Below are positions 29,765 through 43,835 of a stretch of DNA of 64,000 nt, one piece after another. Within the stretch, counting starts at the first letter, position 1; each line of letters starts with the position of its first letter. The stretch lies in contig OX597815.1 in the NCBI GenBank assembly GCA_951406725.2, positions 18,476,001 through 18,540,000 of the forward strand, in the 5' to 3' direction. Position numbers and translations under genes: made by a program. This DNA comes from Octopus vulgaris (taxonomy: Eukaryota). The notes under the pieces are model-generated. The model was given only the letters and a program-made list of their open reading frames with translations. It did no database searches and was not told where the DNA came from.

Positions 29765-30646
29765 CGAGGTGGTATGAAAAGAGCTGCCGGACTAGTTCTC
29801 TTGCGTAGCAACATATGGTGCAGTGAGAGTTAACAGTGACATTCAGGAGGCAGTATACCGAGTGATTTCGGTGTGCTTGCTTCGCAAGTCGTGAAATTTG
29901 TGTTTTTGTGATCACGTTTATGCTGTCGTCTGCAATTTTTGTCATGGACAGGAAGCTGGAGCGGAGAACCAACGTGAAATCTTGCGCTAAACTTGAGATA
30001 CCTACTAGAGAAACATTGACCATTTTTCGACAAGCTTACGGCGACGGGGCAATGGGTTGTACGCAATGTCTCGAGATGCACGAGGGCTTCAAAAGCGGAA
30101 GAATGTTCCTGAAAAATGATGAGGGATCTGGAAGACCTTCCATGAACGTCACCCCGGAAATAGGGTATGTTCACCGAGAATTCGTTCCCCAGGGTCAAAC
30201 CGTCAATCGAGAGTTCTGTTGCGGCGTTGTGAAGCGTTTGAGGGAGGACATTCGGTGAAGGCGACTGGATCTGTGGAGGGCGAAGAATTGGATTCTTCAC
30301 AACGACAATGCTCCATGTTACAGCGCTCTCTCCTCACTCGTGAGTTTCTCGTCAAAACCAATATGGTATCGCTTCTGCACCCGCCCCATTCACAAGATTT
30401 AGCACTTGCGAATTTACATCTCTTCCCCAAGATGAAAATGCAACTCAAAGGTGCGAATCGCAAAAGGTCCTCGACTCGCTTACAGAAAACGACTTCCAAG
30501 CCAGATTCCAAAAGTGGTAGGAACGTTAGGACCAGTGTATTGCTGCGCAAGGTGACTATTTCAAAGGACATGATGTGAAAATTTAGGTAAATATATTATT
30601 TTTTTTATTAAACTTAATAAGTCCGAGAACGTTTGATACTGCTGCG
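29765..30646 (+). mobile_element. Internally deleted mariner transposon (transposase pseudogene)
   Basis: Peptides LERRTNVKSCAKL..QAYGDGAM..FKSGR..SGRPS, VHREFVPQGQTVN, WILHNDNAP, HPPHSQDLA..LFPKMKMQLKG; degenerate TIRs ending CGGACT; TA on both sides. Confidence 0.92.
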
Positions 30647-30799
30647 TACATACATACAGGTGTGTGTATGTACGAGTCTGTGCCCAAGTGTGGCTGGATA
30701 GGTATATTAGTAACATGCTTGTGACACATAGAGTGATAGTGATAGACGCACGGTGATTTTGTCATTTTTACCCTACTCAATATGTCTTTATTTTATTTT

Positions 30800-31112
30800 T
30801 TTCTTTGCCCTTTTCAAGCCTAGCCAGACTCATGGGTCCGGTTTCCCGGTTTCTATGGCGTATGTGTTCCCCCCATCTGGACGGGACGCCAGTCCAACTC
30901 CATCGCAGCGTTACTCAAGAAACAGGAAGAAAGAGTGAGAGAAAGTTGGGGCGAAAGAGTGCAACAGGAGTCGCCACCCCCCGCCTGCCGGAGCCTCGTG
31001 AAGCTTTAGGTGCTTTCGCTCAATGAACACACAACGCTCGGTCTGGGAATCGAAACAACGATCCTCTGACCGCGAGTCAGCTGCCCTAACCACTGGGCCA
31101 TTGCGCCTCCAC
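30800..31112 (-). mobile_element. SINE family C with alternative 3' tail
   Basis: Head and body match 12367-12682; tail matches 10270-10370 instead. Confidence 0.88.
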
Positions 31113-31379
31113 TCTATATATGTCTTACTGTTCGCAATTCTTCCTTATGGTTTCACAAAATATGAAATACATAGGTATATTACGATATTACTAATGATAG
31201 ACTCAGCCAATCACAACTATCTCAAAACATAGATTAAAATATATCCGTGATTGATGAATGTCCACTGAGCTGAAGATTATACATTAATAATTCAACACTC
31301 AGAAGAACGAATCAAATTGATTACTTAGAATACATTAACTGATTTGAAATAAAAGTAATATAGGTAATAAAAATAATGG

Positions 31380-31565
<186 letters not shown>

Positions 31566-32217
31566 TTGTATATATGTATGCAGTTATATACAATACAAGG
31601 TTGTCAGACAATATTTCGGTCGAAAGCCCGCTGTGAGTGTGGAGTTCAAGTGAAATTCTGAAATTCCCTTTCTCCTATACACGTCACAGTATGTGTGTCT
31701 GCGTACTTGCATTCGCCAATCGGTTTTAGTCCGTTCACGTTCCTCAAACCTAGCAACTCGGCCAAAGAGACCGATAAAATAAGTACCAGGATTAAAAAAT
31801 AAGTACGAAAGTCGATTTGGTTGACTAATATCCCTTTAAGGCGCTACACCATGATGGCTGCAGTCCAGTGAATGAAAGAACTAAAAGAAGAATGATATAT
31901 ACTACACACACAAACCTGAGATACAAATACAAACATATATGTAAAATTACGCTCATATATAAACGGGGACCAGCTTTTCTTCTACGAATCCTTCATTAAA
32001 TGCACGATGATATTCAAATCTCTGTTTTCTAGTAGTATTTTTCATTATTTTCTTGACGTTTTATAGTCGATTTCAAACAGTGGACTTTCTAAATCCATAC
32101 CTGATATTTCAAGACTTCCAAAGTCTCATTTTCAAGAATTGGATACATTTAGCGTCACTATTGCTTCTTGCGCACTAATTGAATTTATATGCATATATAT
32201 ATATATATATATATATA

Positions 32218-32462
32218 GACCGGAGTAAACACATAAATGTGAAACAAGGTGGAAAAAAGAGTACTCAAATACCAGTGGTAGAGTAATATGCTTTATTTTA
32301 AGCAGCAGAAAATTCAACAAAATCTGTTACTCTGAGTTTCTCGTTGCCGTTCATCAGACAGTTTTTGCTAGAATCTAGATTCTAGCAAAAACTGTCTGAT
32401 GAACGGCAACGAGAAACTCAGAGTAACAGATTTTGTTGAATTTTCTGCTGCTTAAAATAAAG
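32218..32462. mobile_element. PLE pseudo-LTR fragment forming a perfect 172-bp palindrome, in (TA)n
   Basis: 32291-32376 is the exact reverse complement of 32377-32462 with no spacer; the left arm extends ~70 bp further; each arm carries a hammerhead motif. Confidence 0.85.
32392..32429 (+). ncRNA. Type-I hammerhead ribozyme motif (mirror copy on the minus strand at 32324-32361)
   Basis: CTGT-CTGATGA-A CG gcaa CG A-GAAA-CTC a GAG-TA-ACAG; GUA cleavage triplet; stem II closing pair is an A.A mismatch. Confidence 0.65.
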
Positions 32463-32528
32463 TATATATATATATATTATAGAAAAACAACGTCATTTTA
32501 ATTCACACTGGTACATATACAAAGTAAA

Positions 32529-32760
32529 GGCGGCGAGCTGGCAGAAACATTAGCACGTCGGGCGAAATGCTTAGCCGTATTTCGTCTGCCGTTGTGTTCT
32601 GAGTTCAAATTCCACCGAGGTCGACTTTGCCTTTCATCCTTTCGGGGTCGATAAATTAAGTACCAGTTACGCGCTGGGAGTCGATGTAATCGACTTAATC
32701 CGTTTGTCTGTCCTTGTCTGTCCCTTCTGTGTTTAGCCCCTTGTGGGTAATAAAGAAATA
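32529..32760 (+). mobile_element. SINE family A with TSD
   Basis: Full length; GGTACATATACAAA at 32510-32523 and 32761-32774. Confidence 0.92.
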
Positions 32761-34500
32761 GGTACATATACAAAACAACAACAACAAAAAAAGAAAGAAA
32801 AAAGAAGCCGAAAATGCAATGAGATTTGTTTAGACTTTAATATCTGTTTTATATCTGTTTTGGATACGTCTTGACTGGCAGAAGATGTTCACATAATTAG
32901 GTTTAGAAATGTTTGTAAGTTCCCCGTTGCGTTCATTCTTTAATTTTACGTGACAGTACGCTTGACACCGTACGCTAAAGCTGTCACGGGTGAGTGAACG
33001 TATCTAGTGACAATCTCGAAGTATCAAGACTATCCGAATTTTATCTGTCAAATGTGACAGAGGAAGATCACGTGAATAGCCTTAGAAAGTTTTCTACCTT
33101 CCCCGCTACATCCGTGCATTAATATCATGCAACTATATTTTTAGTACTGAAAATTAAAGCTGTGACTCTCTCGCGCGTATGTGCACACATACACACAAAG
33201 GCACCCATGCTTACACTTACATATACACGCACAAACACACTCATATGTATATATACAGTCGTTAATTTGAAGCTGTGATTGCATTGTATATTTCTTGTTT
33301 TTCTTTCCTACGTTCTTCAGGCGCCTTGAAGGCGGCTTGATGAACGTGCAAATCGAACAAATAAGTTCTACTACATTAACTACTTTTTTCTTATTTGTGC
33401 ATCCACTCGCACACATATACATTCCTATATATATATATATTTTACATACATATGCACACATCATAAACGAAGCGTTTTGTTCTATTTGTAATATTCAATA
33501 TATTATTTAGTTTTGTTTACTAACAAAATATAAATAAATGAATAAATAAATGTATGTTTTTATCTCTTTTAATATTTTATACGAACAAATCTGACTGGTT
33601 TTAACGATGCTTCATATTTTCTTTTTAAATTTTTGTCTTGTGTGTAACTCTGGAGACAGGACACCAGAACATAATAAAGATTGGATTATTTTAAATAATG
33701 ATGTCCACTTTTGCCGTAGAATTAAATTCAATTGTTAATACTTAAAGGAAGAATATGTTTTCAGAAAATAGACTGAAATTCATTTCAAATTAAGTCTTGT
33801 TATTGCCAACTCTATGAACGCGAAATATATAATTAACCACATTGTCTTTTTTAAATCTGAAAATGCAATCAATACTAGGATAGATTTTTCTTGGATTTTG
33901 GTTCAAAACAAACCTATTGTTAAGAAAATAAAAAAAAACAATAATATTAATGAACTCGCAATAATATTAATGAACTTGCTGGAAATGATGGCATTTCTAT
34001 ATTATAAAATTGTTGATGAATAGGAAGAAAATTCGGTTTTAGACTTCTTTGTAATACTTTGTGTCAGTTTTTAGGTGAGGTCCAACTGGTTGCTGATACG
34101 TGTGACGACAGATGTTATTTTTTTAGACTTTTTGCTTATTTTCGATTTTGCCAAACCAAAGTCTACTTTGTATCATAATAGGAAGTAAGCATAAAAATTA
34201 TTGAAAATTCTTTTATGTGAAATAATCATATACATTTGATTAAAATGCATTAGAGACATGCAAAAGAAACTCGACAACATCTTCTTCATGTCAATAAAGA
34301 GGCTTTTACAAATGTCCTGATATACTAGAAACAGCAGTGGCATCTTTTTCAAATCATACACTAACGTCTTTAAAAAAACTGTTTAGAAACAGATGTTATT
34401 GATGTTGCGATGTTCAGGCAATGACTGGATCGATGAATTCTTGTACAACCTGCATTTGAGTGTATGGATGTCGTAATGTTACCACCTTACGTAATTTGCT

Positions 34501-34541
<41 letters not shown>

Positions 34542-36627
34542 TTCTGAGCTGTGTCGTCTACCAAAAGGTATTGTTAGAATATCTGACTTTAGTGAAGATA
34601 ATAGAACCAAAAGGAGATAAACTGAAAGAGTTTACAAGTATAAATGACTATTACTGTTTCAATGTGTTTAGCTGAATGTTACATTTGGAACTATACTTAA
34701 ATGTTCCTTTCCAGAACGGAAGTTGATTTATTGACTGACACTAGTGCCTTGCTGGTGTCTTCTGACAAGAGGCAACGAATAAGAATTTCGAACGAAGTGC
34801 TTTAGTGCTGTTTGCGTTTTAAGGGCAGAAACTACGTAAATTTAACGGTTACAATAATTTTGTAAGGGGCAGTAACGTACCAATAACTTTGAAAGGCATT
34901 GTAGCAAGATGGAAAAGGGAAAAAGAAGAAAATAAATGCATGGCGATTGGTAAGGTTACATTGCTAAATAATCAAAGTATTTTTCGAAATTTCTCAGGAA
35001 TACTACTAGCCCAAGTCTTCAGAAATATGAAAACGCAGTAAATTATTTTACATTTTACGTTCAGAGTTTGGGTTTCGACGACACTAGTACCACTTTGTAT
35101 CATCAGCTCTTTCATTTAGACAATATTGGCGGGATTATGAAGAAGAGAGTCTTGCTATATAAGCAACGACTTGTCTTTCTTAAAAAAGAAGACATCACAA
35201 AACACAATTTAGACCTACCGACACTCTCTCTCTCGAGGAAGACATTCCAGATGTTGATATAGTTGATATTGACCGAGAGAGGCCTTAGACATATAGAGGG
35301 TGATGCCGGGTGACTTTCTCAAGGCTCAGAGAAGATTAGTTTAGGTCAGCATGGGAAGTAAACGACGAGTTCATAAATTATATTCTAGGGTAGTTAAAAG
35401 AAGTACCATCCGAACATCGGGGACTGATATATTTCATTCCATTCTCTCCCATAATTTATGAATTTTGTCATTGTTAAAATTCAATTTTGTAATAGGATAG
35501 TAGAGTCATGGACAAAACACCATGCTGTAATTAGTTCTTTCATGTTGAGGGTTAAGTTTCTACTGGAGACGAATCTGAGTTTTCTCCTTCCAAGGTCGAT
35601 TGAAGTAGACACTACCACCTAGTTAAGTGCTGAAAGGCATTATATCCTCCATATCCTCTCACAAATACGTGGGGTTGTACCCAAGATAGAAATGAAAATG
35701 CAGCGAAAGTAGATTGCTGTGAGCATCATTTCAAAACGAGTTAGGACGAAGTTTCACTAGTAATCGAATGTTTAAATGATCTATGCATTAAGGTGTACAC
35801 AAGTAATTTTACGTAATATTCACTTGATGTGCACATGAAAAAAAACAGGCTAATTACAAAAGGTACGAGTGTACCAGTCAATAATCAATGTCTCCTATAT
35901 ATTGAAAGAAACAAGATTACAACATATTAATTGTTAATTTATTTCCAATTTGAAGATAAAATGTTTGTGAAATTGCGTATATTCAATCCATTTGCAATCA
36001 CTATAGAAACTGCAGTGATAGTAGAAAATCTGATACGTCCAGCCTTTAATTCATGTCCGCCAGCTAATCGACTTTAAAACAGAAGTTTGGATGCGTATCT
36101 AATGAAAGTTATCTGATAATTCTTTGATTGATATGTAAACTAACTTGTTATGGCACGCATAATACATCGTTTAAGAACAAGACAAAATGGAATTTCAATA
36201 AGAACAAATCGACATATTATTTCTTAATCTATCGACCTCATTTATTGAATCTAAATACTCAATTCTTTTTATCGAAGTTCGATTCCTAATGACTAGTTTT
36301 CATCTGTTGCCAAATGTAAATGATGTAGAAGACAGATTTTTTTCTTCAAATCATTGATTGAATCTCTTTGGCCTTCCTGTACAGTGTGTGTTCATAGTTC
36401 AAAACACCTAATTCCTATTCAATAGTTTGGATTTGTATCAAAATATTCCCATCACTTTTGCTTTTTTGCCAATTCGTTTCTTTCAGCTCTATCTATTTTT
36501 GACAGGGTCTTGGAAACAACTGCAGAGGTATTTTGTGGTCTGGTAAATTATGTGTTGGTGTATTTACTCGTTAATACGTATAACTAAAGTTGCAAAATTT
36601 TTTATGTATATTTTAATTAGAATGTTC

Positions 36628-37050
36628 CGTGGCTATGTGGTAAGTAGCTTGTTTACCATCCACATAGTTTCGGGTTCAGTCCCACTGCGTGGCACCTTGG
36701 GGAAGTGTCTTCTACTATAGCCTCGGGCCGACCAAAGCCTTGTGAGTGGATTTGGTAGACGGAAACTGAAAGAAGCCCGTTGTATATATGTATATATACA
36801 TATATATATATATACATATATATATGTGTGCGTGTATGTTTGAGTGTTTGTGTTTGTCCCCTTAGCATTCCTTGACAACCGATGCTGGTGTGTTTATGTC
36901 CTCGTCACTTAGCGGTTCGGCAAAAGAGACTGATAGGATAAGTACTAGGCTTACAAAGAATAAGTCCCGGGGTCGCGTTTGCTCGATTAAAAGGCGGTGC
37001 TCCAGCATGGCCGCAGTAAAATGACTGAAACAAATAAAAGAATAAAAGAA
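36628..37050 (+). mobile_element. SINE family B
   Basis: Same head, body and tail as the other copies. Confidence 0.9.
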
Positions 37051-37532
37051 AAAAAAGAAAAGTTATTTTATTAATTATTAACTCCATAATCTAGTAGTAA
37101 GAATTTATCTCTGGTTAACCTTCATCAATTAGACCAACTATCAAAAACATATCTAATCGTATCGAGAATTATATTCAGCCTACGTTTACTTCCTATTTAG
37201 ATACATTAGTATATACAACTGAGTGCGAATTGGCTGTTATTTCGAGCATGCAGAACGACGAGATAAGGTTTCCCACGTTAGCTTTTCATGAACTACCAGA
37301 ATCTACAATTATTTCTTCGATCTAGATTAGCTCTAGGGTCAACTCTCATAGAGCAGACTTACACTTGTAAGCGTTCAATCCCATCTTTCACTGAAAAAAT
37401 CCTATTTTTATGAATACATTAATACTTTTTTTATACCCCCTTGAATATTATAGCTTATGACTTAACAGTACCTGCTACTATAATTGTTAGGTCAATTGAC
37501 CACGTAGCGGTTCCTTTCTTAGCTCGTCTATA

Positions 37533-37627
<95 letters not shown>

Positions 37628-38052
37628 GAAAAGGAAAGTGAGAGTAGAGAGGCAAGTTTTGTCTAGCGAATGTTTAAAAAAAAAATGGGTGAATGTAGCA
37701 AGGATGGCACGTATGAATGACGAAGCCATTTTGAGCATAATCCTATGAACCCGAAAAAATTTAAAACATAGGGTTACCTACTTGCAAACAAATGTGGTAA
37801 CATGTAACATTATTGACCAAGGTTACCGTTGTCTTTTCCGTAGGCTTTTCTTTCCACGGATAAACCTTATCTGATTCCCCCTTTACTTTTTACATCATGA
37901 CATTTCTGTGATACACGATCCTTATTGATCATGTTTTCTTCCCCTTTTACGATACCTTTTGATCGAAAACCTAACCCAATTTTTTTCTCCCCAAAAAGAA
38001 AAGCTCTACTTTGTAATCTGTCCCGTCTGTGTGCAGCCCTGTGTGCAGAAAC
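37628..38052 (+). mobile_element. 5'-truncated Tx1/L1-like LINE 3' end in (CTAT)n
   Basis: Encodes KRKVRVERQVLSSEC..WVNVARMARMNDEAILSIIL*; (CTAT)n on both sides; homologous to 42342-42979. Confidence 0.75.
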
Positions 38053-38072
38053 ATATCTATCTATCTCTCGAT

Positions 38073-38153
<81 letters not shown>

Positions 38154-38516
38154 CGTCTGTCTGTCTATCTGTCTGTCTATCTGTCTGTCTGCCTGTTACG
38201 TTCGAGCGTGCGTGCGCGAGTCTGGCAATTTGTAATTCTTCAGAAATTTTTCATCATGTATGCCTGGAAGATTGTGGCCCTCCGCTATTGTGGTGAAATC
38301 CCATCGTCTAAAACTGCGATGGCTGTTATTTTGCCTGTTAGAGAACTTAGATAAAAATGGCTGAATGTTTGGCGCATGCTGTACTTTTTTGATGATGAAC
38401 AAACATTTGCAATGTATATTTGTGATGTATGAACGCGTGCGCGTGCGTCGGTGTGTGTATTTGTGCATGTCAGTGTGTGTGAGTGTAGCTGTTATGGGTT
38501 GCATTTAAGTAGACTC

Positions 38517-38921
38517 TCTCTTTAACTCTTTTACTTGTTTCAGTCATTTGACTGCGGCCATGCTGGAGCACCGCCTTTAGTCGAGCAAATCGACCCCGGG
38601 ACTTTATTCTTTGTAAGCCCAGTACTTATTCTATCGGTCTCTTTTGCCGAACCGTTAAGTGACGGGGACTTAAACACACCAGCATCGGTTGTCAAGCAAT
38701 GCTAGGGGGACAAACACAGACACACAAACACAGACATACACACACATATATATGTATATATATATACGACAGGCTTCTTTCAGTTTCCGTCTACCAAATC
38801 CACTCACAAGGCATTGGCCGGCCCGGGAGCTATAGCAGAAGACACTTGCCCAAGATGCCACGCAGTGGGACTGAACCCGGAACCATGTGGTTGGTTAGCA
38901 AGCTACTTACCACACAGCCAC
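38517..38921 (-). mobile_element. SINE family B
   Basis: Same head, body and tail as the other copies. Confidence 0.9.
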
Positions 38922-39878
38922 TGGAATTTTTTTACTATAATTATTAGGCCGATTGACTATGTAAATGTTCCTTTCTTAGCTCGTTCATAAGCTAGTCTCA
39001 AACTCTGGTCTCCAATCTTTAATTACACCATAACACCATAGTAAAAATGATAGCAACCTTGCTTGCTTTGTAAAGCAGAATACAAGATTGTTTTGATGAC
39101 GAACTTGATTAGATATTACGCAAAGTGAATTCAGAATAGTCTTGAGTTAAAATAGTTGTCTGTATCAACTCTGATACTCTGTAAAACCACTGACAGTAAT
39201 TATTCAATTATTTGTCTGAAGTTTTAGTAAAAATCTAACAGCAATCAAATTCTTTTATATTTATCTTGTTGCACAATCAATATATCATTTTGTTTTAACT
39301 GCTCTCATCAAAATCTTTCAGACTACAAATTTATCCTAGCAAGTTCAGATGTTAGTGATAAATTATTAGTTTAGAATTCTTCATTTATTTAACCGTACTA
39401 TGTTATCGTTGTTAAATAATTTATTTAAAGGGCAAAACAAATAAATATAAACAAGAAAAAAGATGAAGAGAAATAAAGCGAAGCTGGAGTGATGTTTTGC
39501 TATTCAATGTATTCTTATGGAGGTTTAACTATTATATATTTACACTGCTAAATGAAACTGTTTATATCTATACCGACTTTTGTTAACGTTCGATTGTTTA
39601 ATAACACTGCATATTTAGTGCAAACTGAAGTTTAAGAACACAAATGAAAGCGAAAGTGAAAGTGGAATGTTTGTTTTACATTATTCTTTATTTTGATTCT
39701 TTTTTTTTTATTTAAAATCTATTGTACTGCATGACAATGTAGTAAGAGGACAGTTTCGTTGATTTCTTTTCCCATTTCTTCGTTCTTGCAGCCATGTCCA
39801 TACATGTTTGTATCGATCTATTTCTTGAACGATTTATCATGAATAGAAAGGTACCACTTTTTCAGAATATCAATTCAG

Positions 39879-40356
<478 letters not shown>

Positions 40357-41764
40357 CCAAAAACCATCGCATATGAGTGTGTGTGTATGTGTGTGTCTGT
40401 TTGTCTGTCTATGTGTGTGTGTTCCCATACTGTCTCTACACAATGTTTTTATCCATGCAAAGAATTTCGCTATCCTACTTCTGTTCTTTGTAGCATTTTA
40501 TCTTCATATCTCACGTAAGCATATATTCAATCATGTAAACAAACATTCTTCTCTGAACTCTTTTTCTATGCACTCGCATGTTTCCCATTGAAACGTTTGA
40601 CATTGGTAGTAACAAAGATTGTGTTTCTATAAGGCGAATTCATAAAACATGTCTATTGCTTACCATGAATATGTATAAACATTGATTCAAACGCATAGAC
40701 TTACAAAACTTTGCCAAAACATTATACATTTTATGCATATGTTCTTTAAAATTTAGATATGTTAGCATACCACTGCTTATTCATTGTTCTGTTTCGATCA
40801 TTTCTTATCAATTGTAAACATTTGGTCCTGTAATTAAATATGCAATTAAAAAATGGCTGCATATTTTATTTGAAGCTACGGTAGTTTTAGTCCTCAGAGA
40901 TACTGGTGAAATATAATTATATATCTGACTACAGAGAATACATTAGTCTACAAAAATGTCACTGTATTAGTTCGTATAAACTGCTGATACATACCAAATC
41001 AACAACCTTTTTAAATATCTTTCCCTATGCTTTCACCAATATCTGCTTCGCAGGAGGTTGTTCTTTGGTTCGTTATTTTCATATTAAGGAATTGGGGATA
41101 TAGATTAATATTTTATATTTCAGACACGAACTAATAATCACAATTTTTCTTGATACCAATAGCAAAATTTGATTTCAGATAGTCACACAGCAGCATTTGC
41201 TTTGGAGTTTAACTCGTTTATCGATCGGTCAAAGTGCTAAGAACAAACGAATTAGTGTTTAGCGATTGCAATTTAATAGACACTCGGGCAACTGGTATCT
41301 TCCTTTCTATAGAAAATTTAGTAACAATATTGGCTCTACTGAAGACTTAACTTAACACTGAGAAATTAATCATAAATATCTAGATCTTGAGTATATTTAG
41401 TGAAAACCAGACATTTTGATTAAATCTAATGGGTGAGTATGAAGTTGATATATTGATCGGAAACTTCCTTCCATTAGTGGTAGTTTCTGTTCACCAGTCT
41501 CTTGGGAGATCCTTCAGAACACGATGGTCTCTACAGTTACGTCTCTAATTAAGACACAAATGGTTAGTAGATTGCAGTACAGCGGGTAAGCACATAACTT
41601 ATTGAACTGAGATATCAAATGGGTACATTTTGTGTGCCATCAATCCGAAATCGACATCCCATTTAATATACATACATACTTACATACATACATACATACA
41701 AACATACGTATGTACACACATATGTACATACATACATACATACATACATATAAACATATATGTA

Positions 41765-41813
<49 letters not shown>

Positions 41814-42149
41814 ACACTCACAAAGACACACACATACATACAGTCACACACACATATATGTAACTGGTACCTTAACTCTTTTTGTACTATATGGTCTATC
41901 TTGGGCATCTAAACATGGCTCAGTATATTTCTCCCAATGTCTAACCAAAGGCAATAATTTCGAGAGAGAGTGAGAGAGAGGGAGAGAGAGAGAGAGAGAG
42001 AGAGAGCGACAGAGAAAGAGAAGAGAGAAAGAGAAAGAAAGAAATCACTCCTACTATTGAATAAGTTGATTTCGGTGGAATTTGAACTGAGTGCAGTGTG
42101 CTGGAATGTATACTGCAAGGTATTTTACCTAACCATATTACTGATTCGC

Positions 42150-42212
<63 letters not shown>

Positions 42213-42217
42213 GTCTG

Positions 42218-42294
<77 letters not shown>

Positions 42295-42341
42295 GTCTAT
42301 CTATATGCCTATCTATCTGTCTGTCTGTCTGACTGTCTGTC

Positions 42342-42979
42342 GACGCGTCTGAAAGGATTGGAGACAAACACTTTCCTCTCTGGTCAATCTCTCATCAACT
42401 TCTTCAAGTACCACTTGAAAAGGAAAGTGAGAGTAGAGAGGCAAGTTTTGTCTAGCGAATGTTTTAAAAAAAGATGGGTGAATGTAGCAAGGATGGCACG
42501 TATGAATGACGAAGCCACCTTGAGCATAATCCTATGAACCCAGAAATTGAAAACAGAGGGTTACCCACTTGCAAACAAATGTGGTAACATATAACAATAT
42601 TGACCAAGGTTACCGTGGTCTTTTTCGTAGGCTTTTCTTCCCACGGATAAACCTTACTTGCTTTCCCCTTTACACCATATATCATAACACTGTGATACAC
42701 GATCCCTATTGATCGTTCTTTTTTTCCCTTCTTCTTCTTTTTTCATTTCTCTTTCCTTTTGTTCTTTTTCCTTTTCTTTTTTTTCTTTTTATTCTTTTTA
42801 TTTTATTCAAATTTTTTTGTTTTTGTTCTTTTCTTCCCTTTTACGATCCCTCTTGATCGAAAACCCACGCCACCCCTTTTTTTTTCTTTTGTTTTTTGTT
42901 CTCTTCATCCCCCAAAAGAAAAGCTCTACCTTGTAACTTGTCCCATCTGTGTGCAGCCCTGTGTGGCCAATAAAGAAAC
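42342..42979 (+). mobile_element. 5'-truncated Tx1/L1-like LINE 3' end in (CTAT)n/(CTGT)n
   Basis: Open frame TRLKGLETNTFLSGQSLINFFKYHLKRKVRVERQVLSSECFKKRWVNVARMARMNDEATLSIIL* (stop 42535-42537), resembling Tx1 ORF2 C-termini; T-rich 3' UTR. Clade call is by resemblance only. Confidence 0.75.
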
Positions 42980-43344
42980 TTATCTGTCCACCTATCTATT
43001 CTGTCAGTTTGGCTGTATCCCCCCCTCTCTATCTATCTATGTAGCTTGCTAGCTAGTTAGGTATGTCTGTAAATGTGCGCGTGAATGCGCAATCATGGCA
43101 ACATATAATTTTTCAGAATTTAGGTTTTTGAAATCATTCAAAGAAATATTTGTCTTTGTATGTCTGACAGATTGTGGTCATCCGCTATGGTGGAGTCATT
43201 ATATTGTCTAAAAGTTCAATGACTGTTATTTTGCCTGTGGTCAGAGATCATTATTAAAAATGGTGGAATGTTTTCCTAGTATTGTGTTTTTGGTGTGATA
43301 AACAGATATATGTAGTGTATGGCTGTGGCATGTGTGTGTGTTAA

Positions 43345-43376
<32 letters not shown>

Positions 43377-43566
43377 TGTGTGTGTGTGTAGCTTGTATGT
43401 GTTGTTTTGGGGTTGGCTGATACGGTTTCGTGTTTTGATGGAATATTTGTAATATATGCGAATGTGTGTTTGTTCATGTGAGTGTATAAGATGCTTTGTG
43501 ATATACTGATGTAGAAATATTAAAATTTCTAAGTCACTCTAACGGAGACTACGACAGTGGTACTGG

Positions 43567-43835
43567 ATATTAATACTTATCGCCAAGCTAGTATAGCAGT
43601 CCAGAAATATAGGACGAATGCTGCCTTTGATTAGCTCCAAGAGGCCATCGCCTCTAGCTAGCTATGACACACGAACCTGAGTCCATTATAGTCTCCTCTG
43701 TTCGAAGGTTATAATGGACACAGGTTCGTGTGTCACATAGCTAGCTAGAGGCGATGGCCTCTTGGAGTTATTCAACGGCAGCATTCGTCCTATATTTCTG
43801 GACTGCCATATTAGCTTGGCGATAGCTATTGATAT
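43567..43835. mobile_element. Fold-back element / MITE (~125-bp arms, ~19-bp loop)
   Basis: TATCGCCAAGCTA..GTCCATTATA mirrored by TATAATGGAC..TAGCTTGGCGATA; a solo arm recurs at 44199-44302. Confidence 0.9.

Noticed and set aside
35063-35111. Minus-strand AGAG-CTGATGA..GAAAC..CTCT
   Set aside because: No NUH triplet and stem II is out of register; at best a dead relic.
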